A stretch of 64,000 bases of DNA from Antedon mediterranea (lineage: Eukaryota > Animalia > Echinodermata), in assembly GCF_964355755.1 (NCBI RefSeq), contig NC_092674.1, positions 20,708,001-20,772,000 of the forward strand. Direction: 5' to 3'. Below are positions 39,318 to 53,100 of this stretch, one piece after another. Numbering within the stretch: position 1 is the stretch's first letter; each line of letters opens with the position of its first letter. The translations under genes and the position numbers were made by a program. Under the pieces are notes generated by a model, which was not told where the DNA came from, did no database searches, and saw only the letters and a list, made by a program, of their open reading frames with translations.

Positions 39318-42300
39318 GCGATTTTTTTTTCCGTACGAGAGTTCCTCCATCGGTTCGTTTCGGACTCAATCGACTCTCTTCGGTATTCGGTAAAGTCAGC
39401 TCACTGATGCGTGACAACCTAATACAATTTACATTTACAAACCGCGAGCTTACTTTCACCATGGATGTATATACCTCCATGCTTTCACACAAGCTCTCAC
39501 AATAGTAAAATGAATCTACACTAATACGAGTTTTGATGACATTAATTGATAAATACTAGGCCTACTTAGTAATTACTAAGAACCCAATAGCATATTGAAG
39601 ATATTTAGGTCTACGACCCAATAGTAGGTCGTATCAGATATTATTTTTTGAAGTTGTTGAACATGGAGTAAAATTCTTTACTCCATGAGTTGAACGACCT
39701 TTTGTCACGAACGAGAGGCTCTTTTCTTATCGTTTATGGTATTGTAGCTAGCCCATGGCTAGCCTAGCCAAGCTTGTGTAAGCCTATGCAAGGTATTACT
39801 TTTGAATTTAAAATGATTATGTACAGTAGGAATTCCTATGCACAGTGTATGTTTTTGATACCTTTAAAAATAATATTATTAAATTAATATTATTAAATTA
39901 ATATTTATATTGTAAGGTAATGGAAATTTTACGTTAAAGGTGTAGGCCTACGTATTATCCCCAATCTTGAAAAAGATTTCAGACTTTTAATAATAGGCAA
40001 TTTTGGAGTTTTAATTAAGTTATAGGCCTACAACTAATATTATTGTTTATTATGTGTATATGTAATTTGGAAAATCATAAAAAATACATGCAAAGTAAAA
40101 AACATTCAATTACGGTACTGACACGACTGCAAGAGTACAAATACATTTAATAATAACACATTTTCCAGGAAGCTTATAATTATATGTGATACTATCATCA
40201 ATTATTAAATTAACACGATATTAAACGCTTTATAAGCAAGCATGTGTTTCTATACATTACTGTACAACTTACAAGAATATATATGGCAAGCCTCAGCTGT
40301 CTGAAGTATTCAAAATATTATATTATTATATCATTTTTTAATTATATTATATATTGTATTGTAATGAATTATACGTTTTGCATTATATTACTTGGTTTTA
40401 GCATTATATTATATCTATTTCTAATATATTATGTGAAAAATGTAACAAATTATTGACTTTTTGTATTATATTATTTGGTTTTAGCATTATATTATGAACA
40501 TTTAATATTATATTATTAATAAAATACATTATATTATAATATAATTGTATTATATTAAACGCATTTACTTTACTTTATAACATACAACATTATTATATTA
40601 TACGGATTCGTTAGTTATATTATTATTTTGTATGATGTTTATTATACGTCACGGCTTATTTCAGTTCTTCTAACTCTTTCTCTCCCTCCCCCTGTTCACT
40701 AGCAATCAGCGGCCGGCAGAATCTGAATTGTGACTGTTGAAGAATAACTACGTACTAGGCCTAGCCTAGGGGATCTAGACAAGTGACCAAGGATCACCGG
40801 ACAGCTACAACTAATACTACAATACAATAATACTACTACAATAACTACTACTGCTACTACCTAGGCCTAGCTAGTGAGTAGTAGGTAGCTACTACTAGGC
40901 TCTAGGGCGTATGTATGATGTTAACTACTAGGGCCTAGGCCTAGGCTAGGCCTAGAGGCCTACTAGTACTAGGCTAGGCCTAGACTTAAGTTGTAGTAGG
41001 CTAGGGCCGGGCCTGCTGCCTTAGGCTAGGCTACTACTACTACTACTACTAGGCAGCCCAGGATGGGTACGAGTAAGCCAAAATTTTGGATATATGTAAA
41101 CCAAAATTTGGGTACGAGCGTTTTGGCATGGCATGGGTACGGGTTGACCTGTATCCTTCTAGCTAATTGTACTATGCCTAGGCCTCAAGTAAGTCTACGC
41201 TACCCAGTCCGGCTACAATATGGTCTATTTTGTTTTATAGCTTTATTGATAGCTGGGTTCAAATCTGGGTTGGGACGGCTTTTTCTCATTCTAAAACAGA
41301 TTTCCTTATCATAATAAAATAATATATGAATTTATTTGTAATATTATTGTAATGTATACATAATATAAGTAATTGCCATTGCCTTTATTACTATTAATTA
41401 TGTATTATACGGTTACCCCTTAATTATACTATAGTATAATTTCCTTGTTATATTTTACAATATTTTCTTCCTAATTCTACAATTTTGTCTTTCACAGCAC
41501 AAATTTATCATACTGAATCATCACACACCAAGTCTCATAAATCTCTACTGTATTTGTCCAAGCTACTCCAGCTACATGGTATTGCCTTGAGGCTAAACTA
41601 CACGGTATACTGGCACTACCATCATTCCTGGCTCGTCAACCTGTACCACATAAGCACAGTTTCAGTTTCAGTTTATTTACCATTTCAATTTCTGAACATA
41701 AGAGATGAACAACTTATATGGATGGATAACCGTAAGAGCGAAGCTCGTTTACCGGTCACCCGTTAGTGCAGTGACATTACAGACAACATAAAGACAGGAC
41801 AAAGGTGCAATACTTAACAAGACATGTGAACACTTGTGTTTGCAACCCCTTGGATAAAATAATATATTTATATAAAGGAGAAAGTTAGATATTATAATAT
41901 TTCTTTTTGATCATACAATGATAATTTTTAAATTACTTCTTAAGAAGTCATACTACTGATTCAAAATAGTGACTTACACCCTGTGGTCAAGGCTTTATTT
42001 GCTCTTATGCGTATTTCCTCCAACATACAGAGTACATAGGACTTTTAGTATTGGTATTATATCTAAAAATACAAAGGCGGCTAACACAGATAGTTCCATA
42101 TATACAGTACTCTTTTATAGATAGATGTATCTCTCCAAACTACTCCCAACTACCTAATCTAATAATAGTACTATTAGCATACTACTATACACTTTGTAGA
42201 CAAGAAATAAGTTGTATACACCTACAGGACTTATGGTAGTACAGTCGAACGCCCTCTCACTGGCCCGGTAAACATAATCTATACCTAGATTATTACAGTA

Positions 42301-45300
42301 ATTAAAGTACATTATTACAGAGTTTTGTTTTTTTTTGCAGAAATCAAAGTTATGTGTATAGAAAGCAGTACTCGTATTAAAAACTAAGCAGGTTGCAGGT
42401 CTTGAATGCAAACTGGCAGGATATTTTGAATATTTTTTGTTGTTGAAATGATGGAATCCTAACTTCAATTTCCACGAACTGGAGACGAAGACATATTATG
42501 ACCCTTTTATTTAAATTTATTTGAATAGACCTCCATGTAAAGTCATTAAAGGCTAAATGATTGTTTTGTATTTTAATATGTGATAGTAGGAAATCATTGT
42601 GTATAATGAGGACTATGAATCTGATATTTTCTTGCATTCTTATCTTTTTAAAATATTATTTATAATGCCGGTAATGAGTTTAAAATTTAATTATATTGAC
42701 TATTTTTGATAATCATCATGTCCTTATAAATTCATTTATACTTTTTTTGTGTAATATAGTTCATATATTATGTATTAAATAAATTGGTAAGGCCCTATAC
42801 TGTTATTATTTAAGGAAAGTTTATATACACTATTATTTTATGCCTACCAATATTAGTATTAATTGTTTATGTAAATATTTTGTCTAATTGCCTTGATTTT
42901 TGTATAGGCCAATGGCATCAATGTTTTTCTCAAAGCAAATTAGCCTAATAATGCCACATTTAGACACATGATTCATTGATTTCTGATATTCTGTACTTGT
43001 GTATGCATTACTAAAACAGTAGTTAATATATTTCATTTATAATGTATGTATAAACATATATTCATTTCATATTTTTTGTAACATTTTTAAATTTAAAAAT
43101 TATTACAATACCTATCTACCTTTCTGATATTGTTACTATTATATAATGTTTTTTGAGGCAGCAATAAAAAAAATTAGAACAATTAATTTGACTTATACTG
43201 TACTATGTTAGTTCAGGAGATGAAGTGTGTGTGGGCAGAAACTAGTGTGTTGGAGGTTGGTGGTGTGAGGTGTATAGTTGTCACTTTAAGATCTAAATTA
43301 GATGTTTTCTGAAGAAAAGAAGTAAGCGGATACGCTTTCAAACAACTCCAAGAAGATTCACACAAAAATAATTACTTTCCAATAAAATAGTATAACAGTG
43401 TATATTACAGTACATTGAATAAACTCGAGCGGAATAATAACACACATAAAAAACATTCATTTTCTTGTCGAAAAGTGCCCTCTCTAGTTTTCTATTAATT
43501 TATTAATAATTATTATCAATTAATGAGTAATATGAACATATTTTTAAAATTTAATGCTGGAAACTGTATCTACTCCTAACAAAGTTTCATATCTCCAAAT
43601 TTCATCAACGTATTCAAAGCACTTAAATAAATTACATTTAACATTACAAATTCAGGTTTTGGATATAATTTTGCTTAAAAACATATACAAAAAACATCGA
43701 TAAAAAATACTTTTCGTATTCAAAAACATTTGATACTTGGAATAAATGTTCAATATAGGTTGCTCCATCCATATTGCAAACCAAAAATAACTATCAAGCC
43801 ATATCACTGATTTTTTAAATTTACGTTTTTACAAAATGTACACTTATGAAAGACCATACAATTCCAACTCATTTTTTTCAAGCTAATAACTATTTTGAAA
43901 AAACAACCAACAAAAAACGTTCATGAATGCAATTTTTTTCTGTGAATAGAGCAACCTATAGTGAACATTTATACCAAGTATCAAATGTTTTTGAATACGA
44001 AAAGTATTTTTATCGATGTTTTTTGTATATGTTTTTAAGCAAAATTCTATCCAAAACCCGAATTTTTATGTTAAATGTGATATTTAATATTGAAGTGCTT
44101 TGAATACGTTGATGAAATTTGGAGATATGAAACTTTGTTAGGAGTAGAACCAGCTTCCAGCATTGAATGTTAAAAATATGTTCATATTACTCATTAATTA
44201 ATAATAATTATTAATAAATTAATAGAAAATTAGAGAGGGCACTTTTCGAAAAGAAAATGAATGTTTTTTTATGTGTGTTATTATTCCGCTCGAGTTTATT
44301 CAATGTACTGTAATATACACTGTTATACTACTTTATTGGAAAGTAATTATTTTTGTGTGAATCTTCTTGGAGTTGTTTGAAACCGTATGCGCTTACTTCT
44401 TTTCTTCAGAAAACATCTAATTTAGATCTTAAAGTGACAACTAAACTATACACCTCACACCACCAACCTCCAACACACTAGTTTCTGCCCACACACACTT
44501 CATCTCCTGAACTAACATAGTACAGTATAACTCAAATTAATTGTTCTAATTTTTTTTTTATTGCTGCCTCAAAAAATATTATATAATAGTAACAATATCA
44601 GAAAGGTAGATAGGTATTGTAATAATTTTTAAATTTAAAAATGTTTAAAAAAATATGAATATATGTTTATACATACATTATAAATGAAATATATTAACTA
44701 CTATTTTAGTAATGCATACACAAGTACAGAATATCAGAAATCAATGAATCATGTGTCTAAATGTGGCATTATTAGGCTAATTTGCTTTGAGAAAAACATT
44801 GATGCCATTGGCCTATACAAAAAATCAAGGCAATTAGACAAAATATTTACATAAACAATTAATACTAATATTGGTAGGCATAAAATAATAGTGTATATAA
44901 ACTTTCCTTAAATAGTAACAGTATAGGGCCTTACCAATTTACTTAATACATAATATATGAACTATATTACACAAAAGAAATATAAATGAATTTATAAGGA
45001 CATGATGATTATCAAACATAGTCAATATAATTAAATTTTAAACTCATTACCGGCATTATAAATAATAATTTAAAAAGATGAGAATGCAAGTAAATATCAG
45101 ATTCATAGTCCTCATTATACACAATGATTTTCTACTATCACATATTAAAATATAAAACAATCATGTAGCCTTTAATGAGTTTACATGGAGGTCTATTCAA
45201 ATAAATTTAAATAAAAGGGTTCGTGGAAATTGAAGTTAGGATTCCATCATTTCAACAACAAAAAATATTCAAAATATCCTGCCAGTCTGCGTTCAAAAAC

Positions 45301-48287
45301 CTGCTTAGTTTTTAATACGAGTACTGCTTTCTATACACATAAATTTGATTTCTGCAAAAAAAAAAAAACTCTGTAATAATGTACTTTAATTACTGTAATA
45401 ATCTAGGTATAGATTATGTTGACCGGGCCAGTGAGAGGGCGATCGACTGTACTACCATAAGTCCTCTAGTGTATACAACTTATTTCTTGTCTACAAAGTG
45501 TATAGTAGTATGCTAATAGTACTATTATTAGATTAGGTAGTTGGGAGTAGTTTGGAGAGATACATTTATTTATAAAAGAGTACTGTATATATGGAACTAT
45601 CTGTGTTAGCCGCCTTTGTATTTTTAGATATAATACCAATAGGTACTATGTATTGGGAAACAATTCAACAGTTATGAATAAAAAAAGTCCTATTTACTCT
45701 GTATGTTGGAGGAAATAAGCATAAGAGCAAAGAAAGCCTTGACCACAGGGTGTAAGTCACTATTTTGAATCAGTAGTATGACTTCTTAAGAAGTAATTTA
45801 AAAATTATCATTGTATGATCAAAAAGAAATATTATAATATCTAACTTTCTCCATTATATAAATATATTATTTTATCCAAGGGGTTGCAAACACAACTGTT
45901 CACATGTCTTGTTAAGTATTGCACCTTTGTCCTGTCTTTATGTTGTCTGTAATGTCACTGCACTAACGGGTGACTGGTAAACGAGCTTTCGCTCTTACGG
46001 TTATCCATCCATATAAGTTGTTCATCTCTTATGTTCAGAAATTGAAATGGTAAATAAACTGAAACTGAAACTGTGCTAATGTGGTACAGGTTGACGAGCC
46101 AGGAATGATGGTAGTGCCAGTATACCGTGTAGTTTAGCCTCAAGGCAATACCATGTAGCTGGAGTAGCTTGGACAAATACAGTAGAGATTTATGAGACTT
46201 GGTGTGTGATGATTCAGTATGATAAATTTGTGCTGTGAAAGACAAAATTGTAGAATTAGGAAGAAAATATTGTAAAATATAACAAGGAAATTATACTATA
46301 GTATAATTAAGGGGTAACCGTATAATACATAATTAATAGTAATAAAGGCAATGGCAATTACTTATATTATGTATACATTACAATATTACAAATAAATTCA
46401 TATATTATTTTATTATAAGGAAATCTGTTTTAGAATGAGAAAAAGCCGTCCCAACCCAGATTTGAACCCAGCTATCAATAAAGCTATAAAACAAAATAGA
46501 CCATATTGTAGCCGGACTGGGTAGCGTAGACTTACTTGAGGCCTAGGCATAGTACGATTAGCTAGAAGGATACAGGTTAACCCGTACCCATGCATGCCAT
46601 GCCAACACGCTCGTACCCAAATTTTGGTTTACATATATCCAAAATTTTGGCTTACTTGTACCCATCATGGGCTGCCTAGTAGTAGTAGTAGTAGTAGCCT
46701 AGCCTAAGGCAGCAGGCCCGGCCCTAGCCTACTACAACTTAAGTCTAGGCCTAGCCTAGTACTAGTAGGCCTCTAGTTAGGCCTAGCCCTAGGCCCTACC
46801 TAGTAGTTAACATCATACATACGCCCTAGAGCCTAGTAGTAGCTACCTACTACTCACTAGCTAGGCCTAGGTAGTAGCAGTAGTAGTTATTGTAGTAGTA
46901 TTATTGTATTGTAGTATTAGTTGTAGCTGTCCAGTGATCCTTGGTCACTTGTCTAGATCCCCTAGTAGGCCTAGGCTAGGCCTAGGCCTAGTACGTAGTT
47001 ATTCTTCAACAGTCACACAATTCAGATTCTGCCGGCCGCTGATTGCTAGTGAACAGGGGGAGGGAGAGAAAGAGTTAGAAGAACTGAAATAAGCCGTGAC
47101 GTATAATAAACATCATACAACATAATAATATAACTAACGAATCCGTATAATATAATAATGTTGTATGTTATAAAGTAAAGTAAATGCGTTTAATATAATA
47201 CAATTATATTATAATATAATGTATTTTATTAATAATATAATATTAAATGTTCATAATATAATGCTAAAACCAAATAATATAATACAAAAAGTCAATAATT
47301 TGTTACATTTTTCACATAATATATTAGAAATAGATATAATATAATGCTAAAACCAAGTAATATAATGCAAAACGTATAATTCATTACAATACAATATATA
47401 ATACAATAAAAAAATGATATAATAATATAATATTTTGAATACTTCAGACAGCTGAGGCTTGCCATAAATATACATGTCTGCATAACCTGTTTTAATTGAA
47501 ATTTTTTATGGCATGACAATCTATGTTTTATATTTATATATTTATATATTTTATCTGTATTTTATTGTTAACCGTTTTTGATGTTGTATTGTTTTATGTT
47601 TCAAACCTGTTAGTGGCGGTATTTATCGCTGTTGGTTTTGATTGAATAAAATAAAAATAAAAATAAAATGTTACTAATAGTTACTAGGCCTATTATAATG
47701 TATATAATTCTTCAAATGTAACACTTAAAAACCTGAAGAAAATTGTAATTTTCTTGATAAAAACATCTGTTAGTGTTACTTCTGTACATATAATTTATAA
47801 CCTACTACTTCATTTTATTAAAATAAAAAAAAGTACTGTAGATGGAAATGACTACATTGAAGCACACGTACGTAGGGCTAGGCTAGCTAGGCCTTGCTTG
47901 TGACGACCAACAAAGTGCTGCTGCTGTGTGAGTGTTACTGTTTGTTGTGAATCTGATGGTACATACATTGGTTTGTGGCTGCCTATACAGTATTATATTA
48001 TTACAATTCTAGGCCTATTATTATTATTACAATGACGTTCAGTACTACTATTAATATTTATTATTATATTTACAGTGAGTATAGTATTAGCATGGACTCC
48101 ATGGTATTAGGCCTCTCTAGTACAGCTAGTAGTACAGTATGTATAAATCTGTCACTCGTGCAAAAAAGCTGCTCACGTTTTGTCTTGTGGTTGCTGTCAC
48201 GCCTCAGTGAGCATCGGTGGCTTACCGAAGAGTCGATTGAGTCCGAAACGAACCGATGGAGGAACTCTCGTACGGAAAAAAAATCGC
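39318..48287. mobile_element. ~9-kb TIR element with 9-bp TSD (Mutator/Foldback-like)
   Basis: TIR GCGATTTTTTTT(T)CCGTACGAGAGTTCCTCCATCGGTTCGTTTCGGACTCAATCGACTC at both ends, TSD AAACGGCGC at 39309-39317 and 48288-48296. Confidence 0.85.
40282..47467. repeat. Giant inverted repeat, arms ~3.5 kb, spacer ~185 bp (43766-43948)
   Basis: Continuous reverse-complement match. Mirrored ORFs: 41485+ = 45955-, 41063+ = 46413-, 40244+ = 47292-. Confidence 0.95.
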
Positions 48288-49139
48288 AAACGGCGCCCCT
48301 GCCTTAACCGCTCGGCCATTTGATTTGGTAACATCGGATAAACTATTGTAACTACTGAAAAATATCTTAATTCTGATTTCTGTTACACATACATAACATT
48401 TAACACAGATGTTATTTAAAATCATGAATGGAGCTGAACTTTAAAGTTATCTGACAAAGTTTTTAAGTCGACCTATTTTTCATATTTTATTTAGGCATTA
48501 TGAGTAGACCTATAAGTATAATAATTATGTGTTTCAAGGCCAGTATAACACTCAACAGCAGAACATATATCATGGTATGTTCAAATTACATTATTATTAT
48601 TACGAATGTCATAATTGCACACATGGCTACTCACGAATTGTACAGCCTCTTAGTCTGTCTTCAGACCATCCACCACAGTAAAAGTAGTTTGTTGAGGTGA
48701 CCAAGTATCTTTCAGTGCGGTACGCTCGACTGTACCGACGACTTTAAACAAATGCACATTTAGTCAAAGGTATGGTGAAAACAAATACCAACACATATAA
48801 GGTAAGTTCAAATTAATTGTATGCCTAAGTGAGTTAACTATCAATATCTTAATAGAAGAATTAGGTGATCCGTACAAACGACAAAATTAAATCTGTTTAT
48901 TTAATTACACAACAAAAACATATCAAAGGATTAAAAGTAAATAATTTATGTGAAATATCACATGTTACTAAATTGTATGAGAATAAGGCGCAGTATTGGT
49001 CTAAAGCAGTAGGCTAGGCAATATATCTATAAAAAAAACAGCCCAAAGTGAAACAAACTGCAAACGGAGATTTTTCTTTGTGAAATGGTCACATCTGATG
49101 AGGAGATCAAAATTTGAGCATCACAACTCTGTCACTCAT

Positions 49140-50150
49140 CCTGATGATATGCAAATTAGCTTAAATATGCAAATTATGGTGAAATTACAGGGTTACCATC
49201 TCAAAAACTACTAGTCTGGGAGAGTTAATTTTTTTCAATAGTTGACTTTTACCTCGACCCCATTTCTCAATGTTTGCATACATAATGTGACTAAAATGTT
49301 CTGTAGATAAATGACCAAGATATAGGTTCCTAATAGCAATAGTAATCCCCAAAATCACACCTTTGTCACACACATTGAGAGTATGCAAATTAGCAGTACA
49401 AGTTAAATAAAATATGCAAATAAGGGGAATATTTACAGTTGTCCTATATCTAAAAAACCACTAATGCTAGAGAGTTGATTTTTTTCACAGCCGTATTCAG
49501 AATGTACATATTTCTATTTGCTCCAATGAAACATTTTACAAAAAAATGACCGGAAGTACGACATTTGACCCTCAACCCCACTTCTCAATATTGCATATAA
49601 TTATAATGAAACTAAAATGTCTGAGACTTTGTTCTGCCCTCAAATGACTCCGATACAGGTTTCTAATAGACAACATAGGACTGTAAATCTCAAAATCACA
49701 CCTGTATCACTCACCTCAAAAGTATGCAAATTATTAGTACAAGTTACATGAAGTATGCAAATTAAGGGATGCAATTACAGGTTCATATATATCGAAAACA
49801 CTAAGGTTAGAGAGGTGATTTTTTTAAAAAATGTGTTCAGAATGTACATATTAATATTTGCTCTAAATTGAAACATTTTACGACAAAATGACCGGAAATA
49901 CAACAGTGGACTTTCGACCCCATTTATCAATGTTTGTATACATAATGCGACTTAAATGTCTTTAGAGACTTTATTTTGGACTCAAATTACTGGGATACAG
50001 GTTTCCTATAGTCGGCATAGGACCGCTTTGTAATTCCCAAAATCCTTTGTAACACCTCGAAAGTATGCAAATTAGTAATACAAATTACATGAAATATGCA
50101 ATAATGGGGTGAAATTACTGTCTTCCCATATCACAAAAACCATTATTGAT
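49140..50150. repeat. ~340-bp tandem repeat rich in ATGCAAAT, followed by AAAGC-rich tract (to ~50740); insertion specific to copy B intron 2
   Basis: Repeated gtatgcaaatt...tacaagtta at ~49381, 49722, 50063. Absent from the equivalent A intron (~20045). Confidence 0.7.
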
Positions 50151-53100
50151 AGAGAATTTTTCAAAGCAAATAAGGCAAAAAGAAATTGCCATAGAAAAAA
50201 AAAGCGGTGTAAAGCAATAAAATATCAATAAATAGCTATACTGTAGCAACGTATTAAAGCAAATAACAATGTAAAGCAAAGAAATTGTCAAAAAAAGAAT
50301 CAGTTCCAATGATTAAACAAAATAAAGAAATAGTCATAGCAAAGTATTAAAGCAAAATGACTTAAAGCAGTATAAGCAGATCATCACTAAATCGAAAAGA
50401 AATTGGCATTATAGCCAAAAAAGCAGTGTAAATTAGCATTAAAGTAAAGTATTAAAATAAACAGTATAATGCAAAACAAATTTCCATAGCAAGAAAAGAA
50501 GTTTAAAGCATTATCAAAATAAAGAATAGTCTTAAAGCAAATAAGGCTAAACAGTAAATACAGTATAATATGTTTTCCTCCATGGTCACACTTAGTTGCA
50601 ATAGTGCAAAAAGCATAATTATGAAGCAGTGCGTCAGGCTACTGAATCAAATAAAGCAGTCTGTTAAGTCTTGTATAGATAGCAAAGAAATAGCCAAACA
50701 TAATTATGTATGTCACAATACAGGGAAAACCAAAAGCAAATCATAAAAAACCATCCTGCGCCTCTCTCGTATTATCACGCTATGTACCACGCCCACAACA
50801 ATAATATAAAGTCAATGAACAGCACTAAAGTTTGGTTCCCACTTGGAAGCAACGCAAGTGAGTCAAATCAAATGCGACAGTTCAGGATGTCTTCCTTCGC
50901 GTCGATAACCTGGGCTTACATTCTTTATTAGAACTAGACATTATTTACCTGTACGTTGATAGGCCTACACCTCCACCAATTAAATAATCCGCAACGTGTT
51001 GTACCCGAGGTCCGTCGAGAGATTGGGTACGAGACTCGACGTGTCATCCACACCGATACGTCTCTGCTGCAAACATGTGCACTAATAAAAGAGTATACAT
51101 TTGCTAAGATATGGTAACCGCAAACACATGGAAATTAGTAGGCCAATTTACTCCATGATAGGTCGTCTGTAGGTTGCCTGACGCTTATGTGCAAGCTGGC
51201 AACCTAATAATTTTGTCAATTGATATAACAATAAATAAAACTATTGAACTTACATGATCATACAAAATATGTAGTAAACACATTTCAATGTTATTATTTA
51301 CATTGCAATGAGTAGAACGATGTTTATGATGGAGCTTCTTCTGAATAAATGCTTCTTAAGTTTTGGCGCAACAATAACAGTTCACATTCATGAGGTCATA
51401 TATCAACAGCTGCGGCATGTCTCCAGTATAAGTTACTGGAATTGTATTGTATATCACTTCCTCATTCTTTTTTCTTTGATAAGCCCAATATGTATAATAT
51501 TTGTATCTCGAACCACCGAAAACACCTAAACGTCATGTTTAAATCATGGTATATTTTATATTGTTTTATGAACCTATACAGATGAAGAACTACGAATCTT
51601 AAAAAAGCAAACCAAACTTTTATGATGCTTTATTCGTTTGCAGAACACGTAGACTTAGGTTTCTGAACGTTCATAACGCAAGACGGCGGCTTTCGGTTTC
51701 CTTGCCTTGTACGTTTTTGTTTTCTAGTTTGAAATACGTTTCAAAATGTTGGAACGTATAGAATGGTCATAAAGCGTCTAATTAACGTTTGTAAAAGACA
51801 TAGTCATTGACCTTTAAAAATAAAAAAAAAAACAAGGTTTTATGGAAACGTTTAGGAAACTTTGTTCCAAAAAAAACCTTTAAAGTTTTATAAACGTATG
51901 TAAACCGTTGTAAAAACAAGAAAAACATTAATTAAAAAAAAGGTTTTAAAACGTTTATTTAAAGATAAAGATTTAGACTTATTAAAAAACGTCAGTAAAA
52001 GCATTTTATACGTCTTAAAACATTGTCTTTTAAAAGGTTTTATCAACGTTTATAAACATTTATTATTAGACAAAATCACAGCCTTTAAAAATCAAATCAA
52101 AATGTTTTATGAAAACGTTTAGAAAACAGTATATAAGAACCATGGTCTTTAAAACGTGTTCTTGGATTTTTAAAAACAAAACCAAAACGCCATAGAAACG
52201 TTTTATAAAACTGGATCCAGGATGTCTTCTGTAGAATTATCGTGGTGGTAGATAGACCCATGCACAATTGAAATAGTAATTACACATATCAAATTATTGA
52301 ACTTACCGTCCTGGTCTGGGGTCAGACACAATAACATTAATAAAACAAAGAAGAAATATGCCTAAGGCACCTTCATCATTGTGTGTTGTTACATTTGAAA
52401 CACTTTAACAATTACAAAGTGTTTGGTTTCTGGTTTAGTTATGTTATTAGAAATGTTAGAAATTCCAATCATGTCAAAGGTGTTACCGAGTGTGGCCGTT
52501 GGGAAGTATATTTGTGCGATTTACGAGCCTCAGATTGACTCCGAATAACAATGACATTCGATTATGTGAATTTCGGATTTCTGTCCGAAAGAAAAAAGAA
52601 TTTAAGCTAGCAAGGTAGCTTCATCAGGGGTGAACCTTATCCTTATTTTATGTTACATTATTTTTTCAATGTCTTGTATTCTACAATCGTTCGATTTAGA
52701 TTGATGTGCACCTATTATTCAAGTCGGGCCAAATCATTACATAATACTTACCAACGCGATGATTTTATGTATTTTATACTCCATGGATTAATACAGTAGG
52801 CCCTATGTCCAATGATTTAACATTGACAGTCACTTAAATGCCACAGATGTTTATTGTAGATTTGATTTACCAAAACATATAAAAAAAAACACAAAAAATA
52901 GCTATTTTTAATTTCAAAAAGATACTAAATTTATAGATTGAAGAAGTTATTATTGTGAATGTATTGTGTGCACTTACAGAAATCAATCCATTCAACAATT
53001 TAGTATCGTGTGTTTGTTGGCCTTTCATATTTGATAGACCTCTATTAATGCGAAAATGAACTTGATACTGTGTGTAAGCCTACATAATTTATTCATAATA

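Larger units (their letters stand above)
30238..52379 (-). pseudogene. Copy B: disabled tandem paralog of the same gene
   Basis: Exon homologs at 52379-52307, 51081-50971, 48741-48635, 38752-38639, 38224-38114, 37950-37828, 37035-36917, 36792-36616, 36300-35021, 34903-34753, 34610-30576, 30322-30238. Lesions: TAG at codon 6 of exon 1, AG>AA acceptor loss at 37951, deletions in the first CCP exon, in-frame TAA at ~36026 and ~34309, frameshifts at ~33522 and ~31048. Confidence 0.88.

Noticed and set aside
40282-47467. Palindrome as a pure assembly artefact
   Set aside because: The arms differ by many substitutions and multi-base indels and sit within TIRs with a matching TSD. Not fully excluded without reads.
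40244-47519. Duplicated small ORFs on opposite strands as conserved genes
   Set aside because: Their identity is a consequence of the palindrome, and most are AT-rich low-complexity translations.
51540-52212. AAAACGTT-rich tract as a defined MITE
   Set aside because: Probably TE-derived, but termini could not be identified.
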